DNA of 64,000 bases from Hamiltosporidium tvaerminnensis FI-OER-3-3 (lineage: Eukaryota; Fungi; Microsporidia): the NCBI GenBank assembly GCA_022605425.2, contig JAKIMF020000004.1, positions 1,054,001 to 1,118,000 on the forward strand. The letters run 5' to 3'. Shown here piece after piece: positions 26,890 through 40,200 of the stretch (positions are counted from its first letter, which is position 1; every line of letters begins with the position of its first letter). The position numbers and the translations under genes are program-made. Under the pieces are notes generated by a model. It saw nothing but the letters and a program-made list of their open reading frames with translations. It had not been told where the DNA came from and did no database searches.

Positions 26890-27292
26890 GGACTTAAAAT
26901 CTAGTTTGACAATTTTTTCCGCCGTTTTAGTCTTTCCATTATCCTCTCGTTAATCCGACTTAACATTTATGTTATTAACGGCACTTCCCATCTAAAATAT
27001 AAAAGAGGAAAATGTTTTTAGGTGTAACTTTTTCAGCCCCATCTTACTTGTTCTATTTGCTTTAAAGTAAAGGTTAGTTGTTTGTGCACGCCAGGTGATT
27101 TAATAAGACTTAATGGCGCACTTTTCCTGTTGTCTTTGTCATTTGGTCTTTTAACGGGTTCTTTTGGTCGATCAATCGAACTGATTCGCCCAGACTTTTT
27201 TAATGCATTAGACAGAATATATGCCTTTATATCTTTGTGTATTTGTGGTCATTTAAGTCATTTCATATGATATTTTGCCCCTGCCGTCTTCT
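26890..27292. ncRNA. Candidate structured ncRNA (telomerase-RNA-like layout on the minus strand; identity unproven)
   Basis: Single-copy in the window, GC-elevated, with no credible ORF. Contains several complementary segments, including a potential pseudoknot and a hairpin next to CUAACCU (see findings). Confidence 0.3.
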
Positions 27293-27606
27293 AATTATAA
27301 TATTAAAAAACTGTTATAAATAATCCAAAAAAAAGATCAAATGCGTAAATTGGTACTTAAAGATAATTTCTTAGTAGTAAACCTTTTGTTTTCTCGTTAG
27401 AAAACTTTTATAAAAATCTATGAACTATTTTCGACTACCACAATTTTCTTCTGAATGCTTAGTGAATAAAATATCAGTCCATATATTTTGAAATTTTTTG
27501 CAGTTCAAATATATTTTAAATCCACAATTTTGAATCTTTAAAAATATCAATGTTTAACAGAAATCGTAAACTTTTCATTTTATATAATCTAGTCTTTGTA
27601 TCACCC

Positions 27607-28328
27607 ATGAAAAGACCTTACCAAGAAGAAACAGCAATCGAAGATAAATCTACAAGAACTGTATTAATTACAAATTTAGAAAATGCAGAACAAATTAAAC
27701 CATTTTATAAAGATTTACCGTTAAAGAAGTTTATACAATAAAAGAAAATCAAAATATCTTATTTATAATATTTTATGATTTAAGAAATGCCGAACTATTT
27801 TTTCAAAGATGTTCTACATTGCCTTTTCCGGCAGTTCCAATTTATACAGTTTCTAAATATGAAATACCAAGAGAATCGGATAAATGCGATGAAGGAAAAA
27901 ACCAAAGTACGATTCTTATAACCAATAAAGATAATAATACACTAAGCGAAGAAGAAGTATCAAAAATGTGCAGTATTTTTGGAGAAATAAAAGCTGTACG
28001 AGAATATCGTCACAATCAAAAATTTGTAGAATTTTATGATTCCAGAAGTGCATTAGAAGCATTTAAAAAAATCAATGAAAAAAATTCAAATAATAATTTG
28101 AGTCTTAGATTTGTATGGGACAATTCTGTCAAGGCTAGATGGGATTATATAAATAATACAGATCGTGTATTAAAATCTTTTCAAGAAAATAAATATAAAA
28201 ATGAAATTGTTAAAAGAAAAAAATTATCAAAAGAGGAAGAAATCACCAAAAAAAAGAATTTTTATATTGGACTTTTCGATGATTTTATTATTCAAAACAT
28301 TAATGAAATAGAAAAAATGTTAAAATGA
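27607..28328 (+). CDS. Mei2-like two-RRM RNA-binding protein, split by a -1 frameshift near 27710 (~240 aa when joined)
   Basis: cccATG at 27607. RRM1 reads STRTVLITNL...VKEVYT..LFIIFYDLRNA once the frame is corrected. RRM2 reads NQSTILIT..FGEIKAVREYRHNQKFVEFYDSRSA.EA, the Mei2/AML-type signature. Confidence 0.8.
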
Positions 28329-28727
28329 ATCATTTTTGTGTGATAAAATTATTTAAATAAAAAAATCTTAATGACTTCTAGTTATCATCTGAGAAAAAAA
28401 TATTTTTATAAATTTATTTTTCGTTCCTGTAAATTATCTAAAAAAATATAAAAGTAAAAAAACTTTTGTAGAAATTTTAATGAATATATAAATGATCAAA
28501 GATTTAAAAAATAATCCAGTGATTTTAGTCTAAGTTACTTAATAAATTGATTTGAAAATTTACTCAAAAATACATACAATTAATAAAATTATAAAACCTT
28601 TATATTTGAACTAGTTAGTTCTAAAATTATAATTTAGTTATATTCTTTCAGTTAGTAAAAATTTATTTGATATTAACTTATGTATTAATATGAAGGAAAA
28701 ATATATTTTTACAAGTAAGTTTTTTTT

Positions 28728-29494
28728 ATGCCTACACTTACTTCTCCTAAATAAATATAAGTTTAAGTCTTCAAACCGAATTAGGAGCCACTCAGTTCAA
28801 ACAATTCTTGATAATGAGTAGGCAGAGATAAGACTGGACACCAGAATTATAATGCTGTTAAAATTCTTGTTTATAGGTCCGATATATTTATTTTAGATAT
28901 GAAGATAAATATGATAACACTCATTGAAACAAGAATCCCTTTCTAAGATTCACTTCAAATAGTTGAAACTGAAAATTTATGAATATGACCCGCTACCAAT
29001 GAGTTTGGTCTTATTTATAAGTGTAGTGTTGAGATAATCCCTTATGTGATGACTTGGGACGGTATTGTAACAAAATACCATAATTCACAGCTTAAAAAAT
29101 TAGAAATACCCATGAATATGAGGCATACATTCAGTCTATAGTACCTAAGAAGACAGTCGAAACAATTTCCTTCGATCTACGAAGAGGACTGAAGTCAGAA
29201 CTAAATGCCGAAGAGAGTGCAGAGAGAGGGTCAATTTCTGTTATTATGAGAGCAGAGATGCCTAAGGAACCAACACACCCTCCAAAACAAGCGAAGATTG
29301 AGGAAGACGGTGCATAAAATTTTAAAAGAAAAATAATACACTCCTAATTTCAGAAGGAAGAACTACGTTTGAGAAGCCGACGATAAACATAAATTAAGAA
29401 TCGGGTTCGAAAGAAGCAATAGTAGGGGTAAACGAGGTAGAAGAAAATGCATAAAATTAGTAAACCTATTTTGACCCAGAAATTTATTAAATAA
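28728..29494 (+). mobile_element. 3' fragment of an R4/Dong-like non-LTR retrotransposon (REL endonuclease domain, disrupted)
   Basis: Translates to CLHLLLLNKYKFKSSNRIRSHSVQTILDNE*AEIR, then (R)SDIFILD..ITLIE..DSLQIVETE, IIPYVMTWDGIVTKYH and AYIQSIV.KKTVETISFD, with stops and frameshifts. This is a PD-(D/E)xK-type REL C-terminus. Confidence 0.88.
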
Positions 29495-32072
29495 ATGATT
29501 TACTTATTCTATATAAAAATAGCAAAAAAATATTAAGAAAAAGAAAAAAATTGGTGGATATACAAAAAAAATAAAATTGCTTCAATTAATTTTATATTTG
29601 TAAGTAAATGCACCATCTTGATGTTTAAACACATAATTTCGAAGTATTTTGCTAGAGCTATGTCATCACATTTTTGAATTTGGTTAAAGGAACACGGAAA
29701 ATCAGTAATTCGCATAAAGATTTTATTCTAGTTAAATTTATTAATTCCATTTTTCTTCTAAAAAAAGACGCCATAAATCAACCAATAGTTAGTAATAGAT
29801 AAAATGGTATTTCTTTTGATAAAACCCAAACAACGAATATATTTAATAGAAAGAAATTTCAAATTCTATTTCACAGTGAAAATGTTATATTTTAATTATG
29901 TTTTCGTTTCGTTTAAATTATTAAAATTGTACTTGGTTTTTAGCTTCAATGCTACTAACCAAATTCAACTTGCCCTGATAAGAAAATAATTCTGGGCTAA
30001 ATATGCAATAATTTTACAAAAAAATGTATTTATTGTGGTCATCATTCACTTAATGGGTAAATTGCAAGAAATCAAATTTACTAAATACAAGACGTATAAT
30101 TTCCATTAAGTAGTTTATCCCTAGATATTTATGTAGCATTTTATTTGTTCTATTTTTTTTATATTTTGAGTCGAGAATTTATTTACCGTGATTTCAGCTT
30201 ACTTTCTGCAATATTAATTATCGCTATTATTGTCAGTCTTTTTCTTTAGCACGTACATGCCGTTTTTTGCCTATTTTAGTGCTTATTTGCTCTATTTATT
30301 ACAACTGTGTAATATCTTTACGCTTTTGTTGGCATTTGATTTAGTCTATTTTTCGTATGAAAAAAACCTGGTTTACTGAACTTTAGATCGTTCGAAATTT
30401 AACATACGTTTATATCAAATATAGGTTTCTAAAGCACATATAAGTTATTCGAGATCAATTATAGTCGGTTCATAGTATAAAAAACCCTTTATACTATATT
30501 TATACGCAAATACTACACATTAATTTAAAATAGTACTTAATCAATTTCGAAGTCTTACTATTTTGAATAAAGCTCATAATGAATTTTAGTTCAAATAATT
30601 GCTTTTTAATTTTATTTTTTATCAAATATAAATTTAGTTTTAATCATTCTATATTTGAAATCGGTTGAAAGCTGTTGAAATTCTTATTTCCGCATACTAA
30701 ATTGGAAGAATTTTCAAAGAGACTGTTTACAATTTTTTACAGGACTTTAATTATATTTTACCAAGGTCACTTCAATGTAATTTTCGACTAAATTCTTTCT
30801 TATTTCTAGAAAAAAACCTAACATACTTTACAGATATATTACATAAATATCTAATTCCTATTTACTTACTTAGAGGCTATATTTCTCTTTCTAAAATACC
30901 GAATATGCAAACTTGCACTTTGTTATACCAAATACAATTTTTTTTTTCAAAATATATAAAATATTTATTCAGTATAAACCTTATTAATGAGTCAAAACAA
31001 ATAACATGATTCTATATAGCTTCTGCTCAAGGTTTTATAAAGAGGTTTTTTTCTTCTAAGTTCATACAAATCTATCATTCGGTATGGTTTTTTTTTCACA
31101 CAATCCGATTGTTCTTCTTCATTTTCTTTTATTCAGATATTTAGCATCATGAAAAATGTGTCTATAAATCAGTTTGATCGATTTAAACTTACTACAAAGA
31201 AGACTTCAGTGCTATGGTTAATCCAAGCCTTTTATTTAATAATATAATCCTTGAATGATTTATGATACTTCAAAACTTACTTTTGCACAAAATAAGCATT
31301 TATTTGCAAACTCAAAACGTCCTATAAACCAATATATTTTGAATCAACAAACATAAAAGATTACTTACGTTTTCTAAAAACTAATCCAAGTCCACATAAA
31401 ATAGTTGTTAAACCTTAAATTTGTAATTTTAATTATTCTAGACACGATTATTTTTCCTATGTTATCTATCTTTAAATCAATAAATTAAAAACACAAGCTT
31501 AAATTTTATTTACCACCGAACTCTTCCTTAATCTATTCTCTTCTTAAAAAAAATAATTTCAATTTAATTAACACAACTCTTAATGTACTACCATCATCCC
31601 TCTGTTCTTAAATTTTATAAATATAATTTTAATTCAATTCACACACCTCGTCAAATGCTTATCTCCTTTCTCCATCCGTCTTTTCAAAATAAAATCCAAA
31701 ACCTATGTAAAAAACACAATATATTTCAATGAAGAACAAATTTAATATAATACATTAAACCAACCATAATACTACTAATGTTTACTCTTTACCATTATAA
31801 AATAATTTGAAAAAAATTTGCAATTTTTTAAATGTAGAAAGAGATAAAAAATCGAAATATATTAAAGCATCAGAATCGCAATTTTATTAAGAATATTTTT
31901 CAAAAATTTCAAAGATTAAAAAATAAAATCCACAAAAAAGATTTATTTTTAAAAATAATACCAGAATAGTAAATCACACAAAAGATAAAAAAACTAAAGT
32001 AAATATTCAGTGAAACACTATAAAGATAAACAATACAATTTAAAAAAGCCAGAATAGGAAACAATATTTTTA

Positions 32073-32775
32073 TTTATAGAATAAACATCATATCTTTTCA
32101 AAAATGGCTGGTTCGATATTGTTTCCATGACATAAATACATTTCTGAATATAAAGATATATATCAGCCATTTAAAACATATAGATCTCTTACAATGCCAA
32201 CATTCGAAGCATTTGATCTAAAAGACACTCTTGGCTTATTTACTAGTCTATGCGGCTGCCTGAAATAGATAATATTCTTTATATTATGTTTGATCGTAAG
32301 TATAAACCTATTTTGGGTACTTAAACACTAGCAGCATTATCACATACTCTATACATACGAACCGAGCAGGTTTTCAGTTAAAACATATTTCGGCGACTTG
32401 CATTGAATTCATCTAGAGTTTACAATAATATACCAACAGAATAACCAGCTACCTGGCATTCAGGCATGTTTAAGCATTAAAGTTTTAATATACTTGTCAC
32501 AATGTCTTGTGATGTAAGAAAGACTATGAATATATGTGTTACACGGTATTAACTAAATATTTAATTTGAATTTTCAATCTTGTTACATAAAAATTACAAA
32601 CTAACTCTATAGAAAATTTTCGCCGTTTTGAAGACCCTCCTCTTTCATGCAAAAATTTCTTTTGAAGAAACCAGAAAGTGTAGGTTATCACCCTGAATCT
32701 CCAAGCAATGGTTTTTAGATTAATTTGGCTTTTTCTTTTTCAAATATGTAGTTTAAGTGTGATAAATCTTTCTAG
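32073..32775 (-). mobile_element. SINE-like family A copy (very diverged)
   Basis: tattgtttccatgacat, tactcta, catatttcggcgacttgcat, ataccaacag and gttacataaaaattacaaa occur in family order and spacing. Confidence 0.68.
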
Positions 32776-35221
32776 ACTACTAAACAATATACCACATTGT
32801 TTTAAAACCAAAAATATTTGTAAATCAATTGCAATTTTTTGATTAATTTAACGATTGTTTTTGTGAAAAAAGTTAGAGGTTATAAAAATAAATTTTATTA
32901 AATTAAATCACATTATATGTTGATTCGCCTAACTTTCAATTGTTCTTTTAACAAAAAATTGTTCATAGAGGTTCCATTCAATATAATATAAAACAAAATA
33001 TATACTATTATACCTAATGTACGGTCTAAAATATTTTTCGTTCTTCTAATGAATATTGTTATATAAAGAATATTAAAAATTAAGAAAATCGATTGAAAAA
33101 AGAAAATTTCATTGAAAGAATTACTTAAATGTAGCTTTAAATCGCTTCAATAATAAAAAAAGAAGTAAATTTAAGAAAAAAGATAAATGTATTTCGAACA
33201 ATTTGTTTTTCAAATTAAAATTAAAGCTATAAAATTTGCAAAATACTTGAATAAAATCATTAATCTAAGAAATTGATAAATAAACAGCATAATTATTGGT
33301 AAAGTATTTTCAGCACATAACGATTATTTATTTCAAAAATTATTTCAAATGTTACACAGAAGAGAATTGTTATATTAAATATCAAAAATTTCAAAACAGT
33401 GATCTCCAATTCTCGGAATTTAATTATTAAATGATAAACTAATTATGAAAGAATTAAATTTATAAAAATGAGATACCTAATTATAAATGTAAAGAATCTT
33501 TTAAATTCGAATAAAGAGCATAGAAAATATATTAATACTATATAATAGGACATGTAAATTATATAAATTATAGTGAATATGATGGTATTGGTTATAAAAT
33601 TAGATATTATGTTCTTTAACGGTGTATTATTTTCTTGTAGTTTGTATGTAAACATTTGTTTTTCATAAAACTCTGAAAGATGGCTTTTTCGTCTGTGTAT
33701 CTACGGTATTTTAAAAAATATTTTTAATCAAAAATATTTTGATTAAAAAACCGCATAAAAATAGTAAATTATTAATTTAAAAGATAAGAAAGAAATTTTA
33801 TTTGAGCCTTGCAGTTATAATTTAAAACTTGTATATGAAACTTTTGATTGAAAGATTGTACATGTATACAACCAGTAATAAAGGTGGATCGTAATTAATT
33901 TTTCATTCGAAATATTTGAAGTTCGATATATTCAGAGAAAATTTATAATATATAGTAAATGAAAAAAAACTACTCTAAATTTCAAATTTAGGCATTCTTT
34001 ATGTTTTAAGCACATATCGTAATTATTTTCATGAAATTCTGGCTATCAAGTTTTTCTTTATTCAGATTATTTACTCACAATTTTGCTAAACTGCTTTATT
34101 TATAATATTTGCAGATTTTAAAAATATTGAATTACTGCTTATTCCAAATGATATTGATTTTTTTATAAATATTGAGACAAACGTTTTGTGAAGGCTTGGA
34201 GTACTATTTATTAGAACTAAAAATCTAAAATATACCTTGAAGCTTAGAATATCAGTAAGAATAAAGGGTACATTTGGAAATAGGACTTTAAAAAGGCAAA
34301 CTATTTTTTTCGATTGACAGAAAGCTTCTACTAAGCTCAGTTTTGATGTGTAGTCAAATGGTGCATTTGGAAATGTAATATATAAGTAAAAAATTCCTGA
34401 AAAATTTATACCCAAATTAAATAAACGCAAATAAGATAAAAACATGTTATAAAATCAATCACCAAAACCAAGGAACCTGAGAATACGAATAAAACGACTG
34501 AAATAAAAAAAAATATTCAGAATATAAAAAGAGTTAAGCATAAATCAAGATAAATACAGTGGAGATAGTGTTTAGAATGATGCAAGTAAGATCAATAAAA
34601 ATTACTCGTCTTAAAAAAATCGAACATAGATTTTTCCATTAAATATAAATAATAATTAATTAGCTTGGTTATCGTTTTAAAAGCAAAGATTTATTTTTTG
34701 ACAAAATGTTGGCTTTTAATATTAAAATTTTTTATTTTAAAAAATAATTATTTATGGGGCTAAATTTAATGCTTGTCTGGTATAAAATAGTTTTATGTTA
34801 TGAGCTATATTGAAAATTGGATATTCTTTTGATTTTATGAAATGCTAAAAATTTAATTAAATAAGCTCTTTGGCGCTGGTAGATATGAGATCCTCAAATT
34901 TATTTTTATAACCTACCCCAAATACATTATTGTAATAATTTAGGCTTTTATCGAAAATTTTAGTTCAGAGGAGAAGCACCTAAATTCTATCTGTTATTAT
35001 TTTATTTTAAAAAATATTAAGGTAATAGAGGTTATCATATAATTCCTTATAAATCTTTAAAAATTCTGCGTATTTTAAAATGTAGGTAAATTTGTAATTA
35101 AATGCTTTTTTATCGTTATCAGTCAGGCTATTATGTAATTTATATTGAATTTAAATCGTATTTTTATTATAGAAACATTGTTCTTTCTTTTACGATGATA
35201 TATAAAATACAGTACTTAGAG

Positions 35222-35952
35222 TTTTATTAAAAGTATCACATCTTTTTAAAATAGTGGCAAGTGTTATATTTGTTTTCATGACATTAACGTAGTTATAGGT
35301 TTAACATAAATGACTGCTACCCTAACACTCTATCGGTAACCCCTGCGATACCTACATCCCAAAGCCTTTCATCTACCAGGTGTTTAGAACCTAATTAATA
35401 GGCGAGGTAGTTGCCCGGAGTTCGTTAATGTCCGTTTCATGGAGTGTAATCGAAGGCCGAAACCTCCCCCTGGGCTCCCCCCCAAGACTATGCAGCATTC
35501 CCACTTACTCTACACTTTCTGAACCGATAAACTTCTAGCTAAGATATATTTGAGAGACTTATATGGGGCCCACATAAATAGTGCAATGCCATACCAGCAG
35601 CTATAACCTGTTACTTAGCTCTCCCGGCTTTTAATGGTTTTTATTTTTATATCTCCCAGGCACTAAGTCTTGAAACCCGAGTGAGCAAGGCTAGGTTTCC
35701 ATGCTTTTACATGGCAACTACCTACAATTTCAGCTGTGATCTGCAATCTGGTTACATAAAAAACTACAAATAAATTTGTAGAAAAAGTTTTGACATTTCG
35801 TTGATCTTCTCCTCATTAAACAAACTCTCACGAAATAACCGAAGATTTAGTGTGGTTCTATTCCCACCAAAAATACAAAACATTATCTTTACACCAGTTT
35901 CAAACATTCATTGCCAAGCAGAAAGTTTTGTATGTGGTTATCCTCCCTCCAC
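35222..35952 (-). mobile_element. SINE-like family A copy (young)
   Basis: Highly similar over ~720 bp to 52558-53277; the first ~60 bp are identical. Confidence 0.93.
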
Positions 35953-36614
35953 CATGCAATTAAATGTAATCATATGTGTTTCTAATCCAAGGCAAATATA
36001 AATATTTATCAAAAGAAAAAAATTAAAGTAGAATTTGTAAACTATAAAGAGAAGAAATAAAAATTTAAAAATTTTGATTTAGTTTAAAACTAGTCAAAGA
36101 AGTTAGCAGAGGAGAGCTTAAAAAGCTAAAAACGCATATGAAGATAAATAAGATATAATGCCGCAAAACCATACGAATACGCCCGATAATTCGTTTATAT
36201 TTTCCTAACCCGAAAAAGTACATAGCTAAGTCATTTTTCAAATAAAACACAAATCGGGAGGTAAATGTTTAGCTTTGTTGATAAGCCATCTTTTTCAATT
36301 AGATTCTAGGATGAGACTCTTCACATCGTACGACATCAAGAATAGACAGTAATACTCTAGGCAATTTCCAAAAATAAGGCTAATAGCAATCAGAAAAATA
36401 CTGTCTCAGATTAAGTGACTAAAAAAATATGTTTCAGATTGCTTTGGCTTTATTGGAAAAATTTTTGCCAAATGCATCACAAGAATCTGAAATTTTCTGA
36501 GAAAAACCGCATCAATGATTATGGGTACTATTTTTTTGTTGTGCGATATAAACTTGGCGAAATAAGGTAAAAAAAGAATTTAAACCAAAATAAAAGTACA
36601 GATCAACCCAGAAT

Positions 36615-37260
36615 CTTACTTACTTATTCCAGTCCTCTAGTACCTCTTGGTGTTGAAGATGAAAAAAATAGAACTCCAATAATTTTGTCGCTTGTCAATG
36701 CTCTAGCATTTTTAGGTTCTATTACTTTTTTTGTAGATCGCAAGTTTCAAGAAAAAAACCATTATGGCCTTAGTATCCTCTTGATCATTAGCTCTCGCAC
36801 CTTGCTTTATATGTTCTTTTACGAATTATTTCGGTTTTCATTCTGTTCATGTGTCCAAAACGCACAATTTTTAATTATCTATTTTCTTCAATAATCTTTT
36901 CGTTTGAAGAAACTGCCTGACTGTCTGATTTTTGATTCGGTCTCTTCTATTTTTCCCTAATATATGTATCAAAAATCTCATCTCAGGAGCTTGTATTCCT
37001 CCGTATCTACTGAATGAGGGGGTGCCCATAATTCACAACCTTATGTCAGAGCAGAAACACAAATTGAAGAATATACAGCCATTTTGTTTCTCTTATATAT
37101 TTCTTTCTTACCTAAAAAGGCTTGAAATTGCTCTATACAGTCTTCTGGTAACAGCTATTCTTCTACCCAGAATCGGCGCTCGCTATCATTGTTATATTCT
37201 ACAAATGGAATTATATTGTATCTTAACATAAGAGAAGAATGTTGTCAAAAATCTTTAAAT
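36615..37260 (-). pseudogene. 3' remnant of an RTE-clade LINE
   Basis: The minus strand encodes RRIA, KMAVYSSI..LT*GCE, RRIQAPEMRFL, RRDRIKNQTVR and FGHMNRM, typical of the post-RT C-terminus of RTE elements. It ends in a (TAAG)n tail. Confidence 0.82.
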
Positions 37261-40200
37261 CTCGAAGAGTGAGCCACAATGACGGTGATTTTACCGGAAA
37301 GCTTAAAATAATTGTTTGATAATGTGGTATGTAGCCCACAGTGGATTACCCTCATATTTTGTCATCTATTAAGTTAATAATGAAAACATGTGCAGCACAA
37401 AATTTCGAAGCAGCACAGTAAGCATTACGGGATAACAGCCAAAGAAAATCTCAGAACGACCAGAATTGGAACATAGGATGTGATTTTATAGGTTGTTTTT
37501 TTACAAAATATCTTCTCGAGAAGACAGTTAAATGAGATAAGTAAATACAGTCGAAACAGTCATAAGAAAATATTGCGAGATTTTATTTTAAGTTTTAATT
37601 GTTAAAATAAAAAAGCGGAAGCTATTGTCTATAATAAAATAATATTTGAGGCATACAAAAAAATGAGATGTAGGAAATCAGGGAGATATTCTGAAATAAA
37701 TAATCCTAGATTTGGGAAGGTTTGGTTCGATTTAATAATAGCGTATTTGCGAGCATTGAATCCGTAATTATTACCATCGGGTAGGAATTGTAAGTTTTGG
37801 GTACATTTTTGGCATAAAAACAAATTTATGTTCACATTCTCCGATTATCGCATAACATTTTTTAACACTCTAAAGCCTTGTTTGTTCTACTCGATGAATT
37901 TTCACAGGATATGTTTTTTATTTGAATAAAAAGACGCATAATAAATAATTTATATATCAGTAAACTTAAGCATTTTCATAAATATCTTTATTAAAGAGCG
38001 AAATTTACATTTTTAAAGTTATGCATAACGCAGACTAAGGTTATCGAGGTACACATGCATTATTTGAAGCCAAACTATATTTCAATTATTTTGTGCCAAA
38101 TTTTTTAAAACCGAAAACAAAATTCGATTCCATGGTTGTTTACCCTGTGTTTATAAAGCAAGTTTTAACGGTCAAAATTTCATCAGGAATTTATTAGAAA
38201 TGGGTAAAGAGTACATGAATAAACTCGATCATTGTCTTTTAAAATTTAGGAACCGATTTAATCAAGCATTTATTGGGTCAGAAAGTCTATTCTCTGGAAG
38301 AACCTTAAAGTTTTATAAAGTGTATCGTAAAGTTTATTGAATTGATCGGACCCAGTAATTTTGTGATATTTTTAAATAAATAAAACAATTTTTTTGCAGA
38401 CGGGTCTAAAAAACCTTTAACAAGAGTATACAAAATGAAAATTAGATTGTACATGAGATATGTTCGTAATCCCTTGCTTTGTGTATTCATTCGTTGTGCT
38501 GTTCACTCAATGAGAAATACAAAAATTTAAAATGCATTAGCAGTAGTTATTTGATACCCCAATCAGCTTTTGGTAAACGATGATATTTATAGACTTGTGA
38601 TCAATATGGTTACTCTAGTTTTATGAAAAATGAAGCTTTGTATTCTTCTTCGAAACAGATATATAATCAATAAGAATAGTCGCACTTAAATGATTACTTT
38701 CTGGAACAGACTGCATTTTTCAATAGCGCGTTTTTGTTCACAAATATGCAAGAATGTTAAAAGAATCTAAACGTACAAATACTGGGATGCTTTTGTAAAA
38801 GCAAAACCGTATCATATATTGATAGTATCAAACATTCCCTAGTTGAAAATGATCAAAAATCACATAGCAAGCATTAAATAAAAATCTAATATAAGAAATT
38901 AAGTGACTTATAGACCTAAAACGACATAATTCAGCTAATTTATGCGATTTACATGATTTTATACCAAAATTTTTGATAAAAAAATCACAAAATCAAAAGA
39001 ATGATATAAAAAGCATTCGTAAAAGCTACTATAAATGGTAAAAAAATGTTTCCGGAGTTTATTTTAAGAAGGAAACATATTGGTTTGTTCCTTCTGCATT
39101 TTTGAAATACGATAAGAAGTCTCAACTAGATTTGCAATAATTAAAACCTAGAAAATTATAGTAGAGCCCAAATCGTGACAATATAGGCTTCTCAAATAAA
39201 CTTATTCTCAAAAGAAGAAATTTGGAAATAAACTTTCAAAAGTACGCTAATAAGTTATATGGAAAAATTTACGCTAAAACTTGCATTTTGAAATATATAA
39301 TATTGGAGCATAAATTATTGAGTATCGAGATGGTTTTTAGAAATTATAATGCCATCATAAAGCAGGATACCTGATAAAAAAAGTCTTCAATTAAATTCAA
39401 AATGTATTTTTCTTAGAAATAAGGTCTAAAATTTCAGTGTCTAAACTTCGGATAATTTATAAAGCGTTCTGCAAATAAATATCACAAAATCAAAAGCAAT
39501 AATCTAGTATATCCCATAAGAAATTAAACGGTACCCGTAAATACTTTTTATGATCACATAAGTTTGGGTTTCCAAAGCGAGTTTTAGTTGTGCAGTTAAA
39601 TAAACATTCAAATTTAGGCTTCCTAAATTACAGAACAACTTCGCAATAGACACCTATTTAGTAGATTCAAATAACAGACATTACATAAAGAATATAATTT
39701 TTTAAAAGAACTACTTTCATTTTTTTAGAGTCGAATTAGTTCACAAGATTTACATCGATTTGTGAAAAAGCAAAAAATTCGGACATATGAATTTTTTGCA
39801 AATAAATTTGGTCTTCTTTATAGATTAACGCGAAATAACCTTTTAAAAAAACAGCGGGCAAATGTAAAGAAGCTATAAATATAGCTTTAAAAACTTTAAG
39901 TATCCGTAAGAATGTTTCGTAGGTTTAATCCCCTAATACTAAATGTATCTATTGTTTTCATTTTTATATGAAGAGGTTTTTAGATATAACAGAGCGCCGA
40001 CTTAAGTCGAGGATATGCCTTAGTAAATATCAAGCCTGGGCTTTCAGCAGGACAAATCTCACTATTTTTGCTTCTAATAATAAAATAAGAAACTTCCTGA
40101 AAAATATATTGATATACATGCATCATATAGTATCTATCTATGGAAAGATAGAGCTTGTAATATACTTTAAAATGTTGAAATGTGTCCAATTCAAATGAGA

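Noticed and set aside
27200-27292. U4 or U6 snRNA (GCAGGGGC / GCCCCTGC)
   Set aside because: No ACAGAGA box or AGC triad for U6, and no convincing K-turn, stem I or Sm site for U4.
31500-31800. Small intron-containing gene on the minus strand (ATG|gtaaag...catag)
   Set aside because: The spliced products I tried stop within about 30 codons and show no recognisable homology.
33721-33749. 13-bp perfect inverted repeat
   Set aside because: Almost entirely A/T and expected occasionally at this composition; no element boundaries nearby.
34030-34480. ORF 34086-34445 (-) as a gene
   Set aside because: It looks like the in-register antisense of a stop-riddled plus-strand relic; neither can be assigned.
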